Assembly (NCBI GenBank): GCA_964234715.1
Contig: OZ174279.1
From: Podarcis melisellensis
Taxonomy: Eukaryota
Reading direction: 5' to 3' (one strand)
DNA length: 64,000 nucleotides
Made by a program: the position numbers and the translations under genes. The notes beneath the pieces were generated by a model. It ran no database searches. It saw nothing but the letters and a program-made list of their open reading frames with translations, and was not told the origin of the DNA. Shown here piece by piece: positions 1 through 13,384 of this stretch (position 1 is the stretch's first letter; the number at the start of each line of letters is the position of its first letter).

Positions 1-412
1 TGGGGAGGAACGTGAAAGCGTTTTCTGGCTTGTTCTTAGCACGAGAAACTATGGTTTATTGCAGCGTCCACAAAATGGCCTCACACTGGTGCTTATACTG
101 ACTTTTGGCTCTGAGAAGAGCCAAAAAAATTATTATTTGAAATAATCAAATATCAGTGCAGTTAAAAAACCACAATAAAAGAGTTGAAGAAAATACAGCA
201 GAGCAAAAATGTCTCAACCTCTTGTCTAAAGGACAGGAGAGAAGGAGCCTGTCTAATTTGCTTTGGGAGAGAGTTCTACATTTGGGGAGCTGCCACTGTA
301 AAGGTTCTAAGTACTGTAAGCAAATTACACTAGTGCTTCGCCAACTACAGTTGCTCCTGATCCATTTCCAGGCACAATTTGAAGGCTCGGGATCAGGATA
401 CCTAAAGGGTAT

Positions 413-510
413 CCTGTCTCCATATGTGCCTACTTGGGACCTAAGATCTTCATATGTGCCTACTTGGGACCTGTCTCCATATGTGCCTACTTGGGACCTA
501 AGATCTTCAT
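413..510 (+). repeat. Tandem repeat with alternating 27/30-bp units (core catatgtgcctacttgggac x3) inside a probable L2 LINE relic
   Basis: Visible directly; generates the repeated YVPTWDL peptide in ORF 156..677. Confidence 0.85.
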
Positions 511-1513
511 TGGAGGCACTTAATGAGCTTTGTTGCTGGGTAAGCTGTGGCAGGTTACAAGGGAAAAGGTATTTTCTGTGTCGATACAGAATTGCTCTTC
601 CCATATGTTTACCTGGTGCCTACCACAGTTATTTTGGCACTTTTTTTCATTTTCTCATGCCTTTTGATTTATTTTAACTTCAAATCTGATTTTTGTATTT
701 ATTTGTGGTTTTATGCTGTTTTTAAACCCCATACCCAGACTGTCTTGCTATTGCCCGATCTTCTGAGTTTCCCTGACAATTTGCTGTGGGGTCTGATGCA
801 AATTTCCAAGCAAATAAATAAAACAATTAGAACTCAATCTGAATCCATGGGCATTTAGATTTCAGACATGAAGTGGAAGTTAATACCCGTCCAAGACATT
901 TTTGCAAAACATCAGCATTTTTAAGTGGGAATTCTTCCTCATACTTTCAGTGGACATATTTTTTTGCCATTTTGGACCAGAGTAGGAGGTAAAGCACAGA
1001 GACTGCAAACCGACCCTCTAGTCTCTTTTCCTGATTGTTAAAAACGAGATTCTTAGGTGATGGCAATCTCTGTGTGTTTTTGTTTAAAGTGGGTCACATG
1101 CCCAGGAATGCAGTCAAATTATAATGGTGACAAAGTGCCGGAAAAGGGAGGGAGATTGGGGAGGGGGGGAGAGAGAGAGCCCCAGGCGATGGAAAGAGAG
1201 CTGGGAATACTAGAGTCTGGCTAGGCCTCAGGGCCAGGTTAGAGATTCTCCCATGCATTAACAGCTATAAGAGATGTTTGTTTAAAGGGATATTTTTCTC
1301 TCCTTAGGGGTGCTTTGTCATTTTTTAAACAATACAGGTCATCAAGAACAGAGAGGGATGGTCAAGAAGAATAGCTGCACTCCTTGGTGCACTTGCTCTT
1401 GTTTCTTCAGCTATGTATCTTATCAAACTTCATGTTTAATAGTTTCAAACATTACATTGATAGATAAATTCTACATGTGTTATTTTTTTAAGTAATTGTT
1501 AACTCAGTTAGGG

Positions 1514-1863
1514 AAAGGTAAAGGGACCCCTGACCATTAGGTCCAGTCGTGACCGACTCTGGGGTTGCGGCGCTCATCTTGCTTTATTGGCCGAGGGAGC
1601 TGGCGTACAGATTCTGGGTCATGTGGCCAGCATGACTAAGCCGCTTCTGGCGAACCAAAGCAGCGCACAGAAACACCGTCTACCTTCCCGCCAGAGCGGT
1701 ACCTATTTATCTACTTGCACTTTGATGTGCTTTCGAACTGCTAGGTTGGCAGGAGCAGGGACCAAGCAACGGGAGCTCACCCCATCATGGCGATTCGAAC
1801 TGCCGACCTTCTGATTGGCAAGTCCTAAGCTCTGTGGTTTAACCCACAGTGCCACCCGTGTCC
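1514..1863 (-). mobile_element. Sauria SINE, near full length
   Basis: Reverse complement begins ggacacgggtggcactgtgggttaaaccacagagc and ends in an (ACCTTT)-type tail; near-identical to the copy at 38738-39040. Confidence 0.9.
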
Positions 1864-1930
1864 TATTTGTTAACAAAGTATCAATAAGTAAATAAATAAA
1901 GCCACAATCCTAAACATACATCCTTGGGAG

Positions 1931-2118
1931 CAGGGATGCCCACATTGAATAAAATGTATTGGAGGGGGCAGGTAAACCCCACCCAACATAATCACATGAC
2001 ACAGCACACACAAACCATTTGAATAGCAGTGTCCATAAACTTTGCGGGGAGTGGCCCCCTCAAATATTTTATGGGGGGGGGGCAAAGGGACCTCAGCCCC
2101 TAGGAGTTGGCTCCTATG
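1931..2118. mobile_element. hAT-type non-autonomous element with perfect 8-bp TSD, nested in an older palindromic repeat
   Basis: TSD cttgggag at 1923-1930 and 2119-2126; CA...TG ends with imperfect TIRs. Confidence 0.75.
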
Positions 2119-5100
2119 CTTGGGAGTAAATCTAATTGAACAAAGTGGGACTTACTACTTAGTAGACTTTTATAGGATTCCCCAGCGAAGCCTCTCTTTG
2201 TGATAAAATAAATTAAAGTCAATGTGAAGGTGATAATTGCTTAAAATACATAGGAATACGTGGCAGGTTCGAACTGATACAAGGTGAACTTCCCATGCTC
2301 GTAAAAAGTGATGGAAAAACTTCACGGGCCAACAGGATCTAAACTTAATTGTCTTTATTAAAACAATATTGTTATGTCAGTATTAAAAATACTTTTATTG
2401 CCAGGGCAACTATTCTGGTTTGAGTTGCAGGGAACTTCAGTAGCCAGTGATTAATATCCCTCTAGTATCACTTGTTCTAGCACAGCTTATTAGGATAGGA
2501 AAAGAAACTGTTTAAAAGCAGCACCTTACTTCACCCATTGTTTTAAATCTCTTCTGTGCCTCATGTTTTTTTAGTTCTATCCACTGATGCATGAAAAGAG
2601 CTTTCTTCTTTGTTAGCCCCCACCGCTAATGGGGAACTAGACATCTTCTATTCAGTCTCATGTTTGATGGATGGAATTGCTAGCAAATCTCCAATTGCAG
2701 ACTTCTTTTTTTGTTGTTTGGGGGCAGAACATGGTTCATGTTTCTACTGCTATCCTTAAGGGTTAGCTTACTGCTGTGATTTTCTTAGAGACAGTGCTTG
2801 CTATAGTCTTGCATTTCCAGTGTTAAGGGGAAATGCCATGGGAAGGCAGTTGGTATCTGCTTGTCCTTTTGGAGGTTACCGTCCAGCACAGAGTTAGCTG
2901 CAATTAAGCTCCACAGATTTGGAGGGACTTACAGTGCAATTATATGCATGTCTGCTCAGAAGGAAACCCCATTCAGTGGGTTTACTCTCAGGTAATTGGG
3001 CATAGGAATGCACCTTTATGTACCCGTAGCTGTGTGCTGGGTAGTGGTCCATATAAGCAAGCAAGAGTGGTTTCCTGTTGAGAGCAGAAGAGTAGAGTGC
3101 TCTCAGCCATTGCTGTTTGCTACCGGGTCTGTCTATAAGTTAACCCACATCTATATCAGAATTGGCCTCATTTAGTACCTAATTTTACTAGTCCAGAACG
3201 AAGACTTTATGGAATTTAAGGTAACCTCTAGTATTGTGGTCTTTCCCCTTTAAAGGTCAACTTCATGATGGTGAAACAGAAGGGGTTTGGCTGAGTTACA
3301 TGGGATGGGGAAATTTACAACAGTACTAAAGGGTGTTGTAATAATGCCTTAAAGCTCCAGCTGCCTACATATGGACAGTGCTGCTGCAGGCAACAATGGA
3401 GTTTTATACTTATACTGTACCTTCAAAATGTACATTAGTGCTTTTATGGTATAGCAGGAGTGGGGAAACCTCCAGTCCACAGGCCTTATTCGGCCTGCCA
3501 GTCCCTGGAGACTGACCTATCAGGACTTTTAGGGGAAACCATGCCCACCTTTCTTGCAGCTGACATTTGAAACTTCAAGCTGCAGCTAAAATGAAGAAAA
3601 ATCAAAAGCCCGTTATAAACGTGCCCCTGATTCTTTCCTTCAATCAAAAGGAAGATTTAGTACTGGGTAAAGAGTAACATAAGGGAAAAAGAAGTATCTG
3701 CCACAGAGATCTTACAATACAAATCTCAACACTGGTCACAACAGAGGGAGGTAAGAAAGGGCAAGGAAAGGGTAATGGATGGAACGTGAACAAATGCCGT
3801 TACACCTGCTTAGGCTACCCCACTGAAGTGGTCACTAGCTAACTAGCCTGAACTCACCTTTCTAGCTCCATGAGAACAGAAATCCTTTCCAAGTTTGTGT
3901 TAATAATAAACAGCCACAATAGCTCTTGTGCTGTTACCTGCCGTGCATTTGAACGGTTGGTGCCCGTGAGCCTGGTGCTGGAATGCACAAAGCCAGGACA
4001 AAAGCATTCCTGCAGTTTTGTTCCTCCCACTGTTGCACATGCCTGCTTAAAGTAGCTTTCTTTCATGCCGAGCTCTTAGAGGATTCTCTTTATTTGCTTT
4101 ATCAGTTCACCGGCTGCTAAATTTAGACTCTAGCTCTTGGTAGTGTTAAAATAAAACCTCCTTGGCCTCCCTGAGTGATCATGTTTGTGTCTAATTTCAG
4201 AGATGAAATGGGTTGGTAGTACCACATTGATGGCTTTGCACCTGGACTAGTTGGTAACTTCCACCTTGCACGTTTCTTTTGGGCTTGTGTGTGAAGATTC
4301 ATTGCAAGTCACATACTTTGAAATGGAAAAAAAACTATTTGCTATGGCTCCGGAATGTGGGGAGAAAAATCCTGGCTTGGTTTTCTTTTTGGAATGAGCT
4401 TTTCAAAATTTGGAAGTGTAGGGTATGTGCCAGCACTGCAAGTGGAAGTGTAACTGAACTACTGGCACACTAAATATAGTGCTGTAATAAAGGATTTTTT
4501 AAAAATGGGAATCGATATCTTGATTTGTTTCGTGTTTCAGCACAACGTTTGGTACATTACCTCATGTGAAATAATTAAAATGGAAAATACATTGCAGTCC
4601 TGTGTAAGTTTGTGCCATAGCAAGTTCCATTACATTAATGAAGTTTACTGTCAAGTAAACGTGCATAGAGTTACAGCCTTAATTGCTAAAAGGAAGTTGA
4701 CAATGACTTTATTTGAAAGGTAAATCTCTTGAGGAATTGGATGTATGGATAATACCATTATATAGATTAGTCACTAGGTGGCACTTAACATGATTGTATC
4801 TCAGCAATGTTCAGTCTTTCCTTTTGTTGTTCTGCTCTTGCTTAAGGGAGAAAATAAAGCTTTTGTCAACCTTCCTGAGTAGCATGTCCTCTAAGCCTTC
4901 TCTGACAGAGCATAATTTTTTGGAAGGTTGGTCTGGGTTGCTGTTTTAATTCATATGTTCATTTAGCAATTTTAGTAAAATTTTGCCCTTCTGTAATTTC
5001 AAATCTGTAATTGTCTACATGAGGAAAGACATATATTTTTTCATTCCTGGATGTTTTTCTTTTGCTGGGACAATTATTATGCAGTTGTCTTCTTGAGATC

Positions 5101-5454
5101 TGTAGCAAAACTAGTCTGTGGCTGTATAGTTATGATTTGGATCTATCATGATCTGGTTTATAATTCCTAACATACTCAAAATATAAACTAGCAGGTCATA
5201 ATTTTGATGATTTAAGGAGGCACAAAAACATGATGGAAAAAAGAGTGTTGAGAACTGAAAATTGCTCAGGTTGATGTACCGGTAGTTCTACTTCTGGTAG
5301 CTTTCAGCAATACTACAGTGGCATTGGTGGCAAATGTTATCTCCCTTCTTCCTTCAAGCACTGGGATAGTGATGGAGTCAACTTTCTGTTATGTCAGTAA
5401 GCTGATGGAGTCCTACCCAGCCCTGACTTTTCTCTAATTACTCTTTCTCTGCAG

Positions 5455-5550
5455 AGTGGCTGGTGTTCCAGTGAAGGAAAGGGTCAAGGTTTCTCAGAAC
5501 TGGAGGCGTGGACGCTGCCGGAAAATCCCACTCCTCAAATGGAAGCGCAA
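5455..5550 (+). CDS. FBXW4: FBXW4 coding exon 2 (VAGVPVKERVKVSQNWRRGRCRKIPLLKWKR)
   Basis: Acceptor ctctttctctgcAG at 5453-5454; 96 nt. The only nearby donor in phase with exon 3 is AA|GCAAGT (GC donor at 5551). Not in the ORF track. Confidence 0.9.
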
Positions 5551-6692
5551 GCAAGTGGTTCCTTCTCTTTTCTCCTGCCCCATGATTTTCAGCTAGAATT
5601 CTCTCTGTCTTTAGGAGTTCATCCCATTTTTTATCTCTGTTCAGCTCTTGCATCTCTTTGGTTACACAGTGTTTGAGCCTCTTTAACTTTTGGCATTCTG
5701 AGATTGGGTAGCTGTTGATGCTGCTTTCTCTGCAACCTGCTTTCATTTGCCAGTACTATAATACCAAAGCTCCCTGAATGCTCTGTGTGTCGAGTCATAT
5801 TCTCAAATTATCATTGAAAGCTCAGTGTCCAAGCTGCTTGGACACTGGAAGAATATCTACAAGCAGAAAGCGGTGAATCAGCTAACTTTAAACAGGAGTG
5901 TTTAAAGTTGCTGCTGATAAATTGCTTCTCTTTCCTCTCAGTTCCTCTATTGAGACTGAGTGTTCTCCCCTTCCTCACTATATGCTACTTAAATTAGAGT
6001 GGGGGGTGGAATTAAGTAGCATATGGGGTGGGCAGGGAAGAAAATATCCAGTCTCTGATTTTTTAAAATGCTAAACATCACCAAAGTTTCCAGCTCTCCA
6101 AAGAACTGCCTGCTTTTACATGGATCACTTATTAACATAATATTTTTCAATAATAATTATTTGAGGCTTGTTTGATTCCAAGTCTTTGGATTACAATGAT
6201 AATAATAATATTATTAATGTTGTGAGCCACCCTGTGATCTTTGGGCGAAGGGCGGTATAAAACGCAAACCAACAAACAATATATTTTTTGTCCTGCTTTT
6301 AGGGAAAACCCCTTTCCAAAGACAGTTAACAAATATAATCATAAAAAGGTAACACCATAAATCACATAAAAGCAAAAGTAAAAGCTTTTGCCTCACACCA
6401 GCAGTAAAATAGCACCATCAGTTTAAGATGGAGGGGTAGTACTTGGGTGTGTGTGTCACATTTTCTTCTGTATATTTTCTTACAGCTTTGCCAAACAGGA
6501 GCATAGATACCTCCCCACAGCAAGGTTATATATTCTATGGGCTTTGGTGGTTGGGTTAGAGTTAGTACAAATATATCATGGGATTCTTTAAAAGCATTTG
6601 GAAAGGCCTGAAGTTCCATAATAATTAAGAGTTTAGGATGTTTGTCAACTCTCAGCATAGTTTCTAATATTTTAATATATTTCCCCCTCCAG

Positions 6693-6878
6693 TTTAATGC
6701 CCTGGATGCAGCTAGATGATGACTACCTCTACCTATCCCAGGCAGAAGACATTCAAGTTTATTGGCTCCATCCCAATGGTACCAGCTTGCAACACTGTTC
6801 CCAAGCAGTCTTCTCTGGCCACCAGGAGGACGTGTGCCGCTTTGTGCTTGCTAATGGCCATATTGTCAGTGGAGGAGG
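6693..6878 (+). CDS. FBXW4: FBXW4 coding exon 3 (LMPWMQLDDDYLYLSQ...GHQEDVCRFVLANGHIVSGG)
   Basis: Acceptor ttccccctccAG (6691-6692), donor GG|gtaagc (6879); 186 nt; overlaps ORF 6697..6882. Confidence 0.96.
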
Positions 6879-8025
6879 GTAAGCTCTTTGTTATAGGGAA
6901 ATAAGAAGGAGGGTGATGGTAGTTGAGCGTCTAACATTGGTTTATAGGTGTCCTTGAACAAGAACTGGAAGAACTGACTTTCAGAGCTTCTGCATTGCGT
7001 GACTGACTTTTATTTAAAGGATTCCTGTTTGGGGATCACTGGGCAAATCAGTCCCCATGGCCAGGGTGGTGTACATGCTGTGATTCTACAGAAGTGTGAA
7101 ATGTTGTATGGGGCAACAAAATTCAGTTTACTGAGAATTTAAGCTTTCTTTTATTTTACTCTTAAAGGGCAGGCTTCTGGCCCTTACAGCTGCAAGGATA
7201 TGATCAAAAACTGAGGGTGGACTGAAACAGATTTCCAGTGGTTGCAGTTGGAGCTTCTGTACCCTGAATAGCCTTGGCTATCAAAAAATGTGGAATAATT
7301 TATGCAAAATAAGAGATTATGCATTTTTGCTAAGTTTGCATAATTTATGCATGTGGCTAAATTCAGCTTCTTGATCACAGATTGTATTTCTTTTTTAGTA
7401 TGGCATATACAAACAGCCCTCCCCAGGCCTGTCCTATTGCAAGACTGTGACTAAGACTGTTAAACCATGTGTGTGCTTTGTTCATTTGCCACGTGGGGGT
7501 CATGGATTTGCCAAAGAAACCTTTTAGGACATGTGAGCAAGTCCTTTGTTGTCTGCACAGCCTTCAGTGGCAAATTAAGTATAGAATGTATATGCTGCAT
7601 TAGATAAATACTTCCTGAATATCTCTGTATACTAGTTTTTGAAAGAAATGAAATGAAGGGGCAACTTTGCATCAGTTTCTATCATTGTTGTACCTAGGGG
7701 TTTTCAAGACCTATTGGTCTCAGAGGTGAGATCTCTCCTGTCTGCACGTGCTGGGTTGAATGTATGTGTAGATAATGTGTTGTATTTAGGAAATTAAACT
7801 AGTACTGTCTTGGTATATCTCCAGCTAGAGCATGAAGAGCACTTCTACGTCATGCTCTCTCAAATCCGTCTTTTACATTTTCATTGGCAGGGATAATCTG
7901 AAGCGGAATTCAGTAAATTGACCCTCAGTAAAGGAGAGTAGTTTTGGAAGAAACTCTCATGCCATTTGCCTTGTGGCATTTGTTCCAAGGAGATGCACCT
8001 TCTTCACTGTGGTTTTGTTTTTCAG

Positions 8026-8158
8026 AGATGGCAATATTGTCCTTCATAAGCTGAATGGCTCCTTCAGCTTCAAGTTCTTGGGGCATGAACAGGAAGTGAA
8101 CTGTGTGGATTGTCAAGGAGCTATCGTTGTGAGTGGTTCACGGGACAGAACAGCAAAG
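8026..8158 (+). CDS. FBXW4: FBXW4 coding exon 4 (DGNIVLHKLNGSFSFKFLGHEQEVNCVDCQGAIVVSGSRDRTAK)
   Basis: Acceptor ttttgtttttcAG, donor AAG|gtgagt; 133 nt; WD40 GH...SGSRD motif within ORF 7973..8260. Confidence 0.96.
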
Positions 8159-9349
8159 GTGAGTGTGTATGTCTTGCTTTATACTTATAGTGTGTGTAAG
8201 AAAAGAAAATTGGAAGATGGAATGGGGGAATGCTGTTCTCATTCCTCTCTTTGGGATTAACAGTTAAACAAACTTTTCAGCTTCATTGCTGCCCATTTTC
8301 TGTATTTTCTTACATCTATACAAGTTTATCTCAAATTTTTCAGACGTATCTCAGAGCCACCTGCCCAAAGTGGAGTAACTAACTACATTTCTCTTGTGAC
8401 ACAGACATTATATAGGCCAGCTCAGATTTATGACAGTCAAAAATCAGACAGAGTCCTGGTTCCATTGCCCTTTAAGGCTTCTGTCTGTTAGCTCTTTTGC
8501 TGAATTGAGTGGGGGTCAGGATCCCTTGGAGGACAGAATATTTATACAGCCACTTCTTTCTTCCTTTATAAGATTCTAGGGCTGAAAGGGCATACATGCT
8601 TAGTTTAGAGCATGTGCTGGGAACCTGTGGCCCTTCAGATAATGAAAGACTACAATTCCCATAATCCTTGAAGGTGGATTCCAACAACATTTAGAGGGCC
8701 CTTGTTGAGAGCCAAAGTTTTCACTGTCTGAGTCATATTTTTATTTTCCTAGAGAAAAATGGGGAGATGAAAGGTTCTGTGTTTGTGTGTGTTTTAGCTA
8801 GAAATTTAGTTGTGCTAACAGTGATGTGGAGCAACAGCTTATTTTTTCATGAGCTTTTATTTATTGAGGTTTGGGGTGGCAAGCTGTCAGAGAGAACACA
8901 TGTAGAGGGATTTAGTGTTTTTCTTCCCCTGACATTACCCTTACGATGGAAGAACATTCTTTGGGGTAGTGACCAGGATTAGTCCAACTTCAGTGAACAG
9001 TCCTAGCTTTTCTGATTCTACGCTCCCTACTCTTAGTTTAAGATCGGGATCTGGGTTATCTCTAGAGCTGCTTTCAATGAGCAGAGCCTTTTGCATGCAA
9101 CAATTCCCACCCAAGCAGCCAGCAGACTGTGTCTTAACTGATAGTTTCCTTATGGGGCACTGACCAAATGGTTCTGGCACTGGCCAAATGGTTCTGACAA
9201 TTTGGAGACTCAGAAGAAATCCACTAAGAGGATAGGCTGAACAGCAGCAGAAGAATGTGAAGTGTTTCAAAAGTGTCAACCAGTGGCAAAAATGCTCTAT
9301 TTGCTGTTTACGTTATTTGTATTATGACTCATTGTTTATTGTGAGCTGT

Positions 9350-9487
9350 TTGCTTCCTTGGAGGTTTTTAAGCAGAGGTTGAATGGCCATTTGTGATATA
9401 TGCTTTAGTTGAGATTCCTGCATTGCAGGGGGTTGGATTAGATGGCCCTCGGGATCCCTTCCAACTCTATGATTCTTCTATGATTCT
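9350..9487 (+). mobile_element. CR1 LINE 3' terminal fragment
   Basis: gagattcctgcattgcagggggttggattagatggccc...ccaactctatgattct tail, shared with CR1 ends at ~20430-20500 and ~24370-24450. Confidence 0.8.
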
Positions 9488-10995
9488 GTGAATCTATACT
9501 TCCTACCTATGAGAACAATAAAATGCTGGAACTTCTATAGCTGGCATCTTCAACCTTTTCAGACCCAGGACCTACTTTTAACCCAAACATGCATTTGGGA
9601 ACACATTTCTTAATATTTTACTGTATGTTCAACAGTGCTCCTGTTGTGGCCCATCAGGCTGAGATCTGAATGGAAAAGTAGCTCAGTTTCTGAATTTTAA
9701 TCACACTGAATTAAACTATGCACTATGTGGGATTCTTTGATGCCCTGCCACTGGAAACTTGGAAGGCATCTTGTGACCTTGAGGGCAAAATCCTCAAAGT
9801 CAAAGGGAATTCTGCTTTAATTGTGCTCATTGTCTTTTTTTAAAAACCCCAGAAATGGAATCTGGCTCACCTAACACTCTTCCAGTCTGATCCTTATGAG
9901 CAGGGAATTTGCTTTTATTTTTACCAAGTGACATTTTCCTTGTGTTGACTCCTAGCTAGAAGGGAATCCCTAGTAGGTCTCTAATGGGAACTGTAAGTGC
10001 ATTGGAGGGATAGTGAGTGTTGATTAGGGCTGAGCTTTGAGTAGCTGCTAATGCACATTCCTCATTGATAGGCACCAGATAGCATGCTCCCAGCAATATT
10101 TTTAACCTGTATGAGATAGGGGTGCATTAAAAGAGCTCAACTTTTCTGCTGCTTTTGCTGACACTAGGTGCCAAATTCCCCTCTGACACCGAATAGCCTG
10201 CAATCCTGAGCATTATCAACAAACAAACAAATGCAACACTCCCAGCTTTGAATTCCCTTAAGACATTGGGGGATAGTTGGAGAGGGAATCAGAAACTAAA
10301 ATCTCAGGATCCAGAAAATGGGAGATGAATTTGTTGGGGGTAGAGGAAAGAAATGATGGTATTCAAAAGGATGTCAGGAACACAAGCTTAAGCTTTATTC
10401 AGTATGTCAGTAACAGATTTCTGAAAGCTCATAAACAAGTCACTTTACCCTGGTAATAAACAACATGTATTGTGGGAGAACAAGTATTATCAAAGTGTGA
10501 ATGTGCATTAAGGGATTTGAGCATGTTTTAACAATTAGTACAGAAGGGGGCACTGCACAGGAAATTAGACTGCCCCATTCCCCATGTGTTTCTATTGTTT
10601 TGCAAAAAACTTGGAGAGAAGGCTTTAAGGATTTGCCCAGACAAGGAACCATAAGAATAAAGATGAGATAAAATCTAAATTTGTTCTGACATGCAGACCT
10701 TCAACATAATTTGAGCAGATGCATTTCAGATGATTGTTCTCTGCTTTTAGCACCGGAACTGGGACTGATTTAGACAGAAGCTGCTACTAATCTCTTCTAT
10801 CATTTCTTTGCTTAGAAAGCATGCAGTCAAAATATCGCAGGGGTAAAGAAGTTGATTTAAGTTTACTCTGCTAATTTCAAATTGTGCTCCCAAGATTTCT
10901 TTGCGAGGGATCGTTTCCAAACACAGCTGCTGTTAACACTTTTATCTTGCACTTTTTTGTTGTGTGGTGTTCATTTGCGCTTTCTCTCTCTCTAG

Positions 10996-11090
10996 GTTTG
11001 GTCCTTATCACCAGGCAGAGCTGGGCAGTGTTTGCACACCATACAGACTGAAGACCGGGTCTGGTCCATTGCCATTAGTCCATTATTAAG
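10996..11090 (+). CDS. FBXW4: FBXW4 coding exon 5 (VWSLSPGRAGQCLHTIQTEDRVWSIAISPLL)
   Basis: Acceptor tttctctctctctAG, donor AAG|gtaaca; 95 nt; translated by hand, not in the ORF track. Confidence 0.95.
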
Positions 11091-13216
11091 GTAACAAGAA
11101 TAAAAATTGCATTTGAATGTTTGCACACCTCATGTTAAATCTGGTTTTTCTTTAGGTCTAAAGTTCCCTATTATACCAAGTATTCAGGAGGTCTAGAACT
11201 CAGCATTTAAGTATCATCAGTTCTGTGACTCAAAACTCTTTTTTGTGTAGAAACAGTAAATTAGGTAGATAAGACTACTCTATATTTTTTGTGCAATTCA
11301 GAGCATTTCCTTCTATTTTTCTTGCCTTTTGGGTTCTAGAAAAAAGAAGTTTGAACTTGCAGAATACTCTGGTCTGTATGGGTGAAGTCAAGGGGTGCAC
11401 TGACTTAGATATTGTACCAAATACTTTCTGCATAAGGATCTTTAGTTTTCTCTTTTTTTCTCTTCACCCAAAGCTTACACTTGCACAATACCCTTGCAAG
11501 TGCCACTTTGGCAAGAGCAATATTATATCCTCTATGCCTATGAAAGCATAAAAAGTAAGTTGTACTTTTTTTGTGGGAAGGGACGAGGGTTAGCTTTTCG
11601 GCTGTTGGCTGATTTTTAATCTTTTCCTTGCCTTTCTGCATTATGCAGTGGGGATCTGTATACACTCAAAGCAACTTAATTGCAACTGATGGAATGTGAT
11701 TGAGCATGGGAGTAGTTCTGTCACTCACCACTGTGTCACAAGCTGTATCCAATTGTTGCCACTTGTACAACCACATTCCATATCGCAATTACAATCTGCA
11801 AAGTACTGTACAGTATTGCTTTTTCTTAAGTACAAAATACAGTGTTTTGCTCAGAAGATTCAAGAGAGAGAAGGCTTAGAGTGGTTACAGGCTAGCTGTA
11901 GCAAGTTGGTCATTATCTAGTAACATGGCCTTTGCCATGAAACATACTATAGATATGATCATACTATCCCACCCTCCACCCCCTGTGTGATATGTTAATA
12001 CATAGAATTGCTCATGGCAAATCACCAGTCCAAGGAACTGAAGAAACAGAAAACTGCAGCAAGTTCAATCAGTTCATTCTGCATACTAATTCCAAAACTA
12101 ATTAATAGAAAATCCCTGTACAGTTGGAAGATAGGTGGGATTTACAATTAGCTACAACCAATCCATGGAAGGATTGGAATGAGAAAAATCTGCTCTTCCT
12201 TTAAGTGCAGCATACTCAAGTGCTGTTGGAAGATAGAGAACCATATTTTAAATTGAGACTGTGTTTATGGCACTTGACCTCAGAGTTCCTGAGAATACTG
12301 TAAAAATAAGCAAATTTCATTTTGATACATTCTACATATGTATTTCCTATATGAAACTTATTCACTGCTTGTCCCCTGGCAACGAAAAAAGCAAAATGCA
12401 AAGCAGATTCTGTTGTGCATGCTCTATTGCCAAAGCCCATAGTTTGGTTCTATTTCTGACAGCCTCTTCTGTTGATGCTGCAGAATGAAAAAGGTATCTG
12501 TACATAAGAACTTGCAGATTCCCCGAAGCTGCTCTGTACCATTGGGGCACGAGAGAACCACTCATTTTCTGTGGGAATGTTGATAAGAGTCATTAAAACA
12601 CATGGGAGTATCTTCTGGCTACTGTTCTTGTCACAGCTGGGCATCTGTGAACAAAATCTGATGTGTTGGGGAAAGATACACAGAGGAAATTAAACTGTTC
12701 CAATGAGTTATTTTGTAATCATATTGCTACTCTGCTAATGTTAAGAACTGAATGTTGGCCACAAGTTACAATTGTATACAAAAGTCACAAAACTGAACTT
12801 GTGCACAAGGCTTGAGCAGTGCCTTGTATCTTCAAGATTTGGAAGGGCTTTGTACCCTGACTCAACTTTTATTTTGAGGTATTTAACCTCAAAAGCAGCT
12901 TGCAGCAAGGTAGTTATTCTTTGAGGAAGCTCATTTTCTGTTCTGAATTACAGTGAGCTTTTCTGTGGCAAACTTGTCTTACATTTGAAGCAGAGCCTAG
13001 TTTTTTCATAAGCTTTTGGAAACTTGCATTAGGCTGTTGAGAATCAAAGCATCTAATTATGCTAAGTTGAACATTGTCCTGTTGTGATGACTGGTTCTCC
13101 CTCTCTTGTGTATATCATCGTAGTCATCAATATTCAGTTTCAGTATAGTAAAAGCAGTGAAATCAAATTACAGTCACAGTAATAGATGGGTATTGAGAAC
13201 TATGGATGAATGGTGG

Positions 13217-13250
<34 letters not shown>
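13217..13250. repeat. (AAC)n microsatellite
   Basis: Roughly 11 AAC units seen directly. Confidence 0.95.
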
Positions 13251-13384
13251 TAATCTCTAGTGTCAAAGGCTAGGGTAAAGAAAGGAATCCTTTATGGGGA
13301 AGGCCTTCTCCTGGGGCACCACCCCTCAAACCTCTGAGGGTGGTGGAATTACCAAGAGGGCCCCTTCTGTTAATACCCATGAGG

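Noticed and set aside
413-510. CRISPR-like repeat-spacer appearance
   Set aside because: Linkers are 7-10 bp and themselves repeated, the context is a vertebrate intron, and there are no cas genes.
146-677. Long overlapping ORFs (152 and 173 aa) with internal peptide repeats
   Set aside because: Explained by a tandem duplication with unit lengths divisible by 3 in an L2 relic; no domain, no splice support.
5555-5560. GT at 5555 or 5558 as the main exon 2 donor
   Set aside because: Both are out of phase with exon 3 and hit a stop at 6717-6719.
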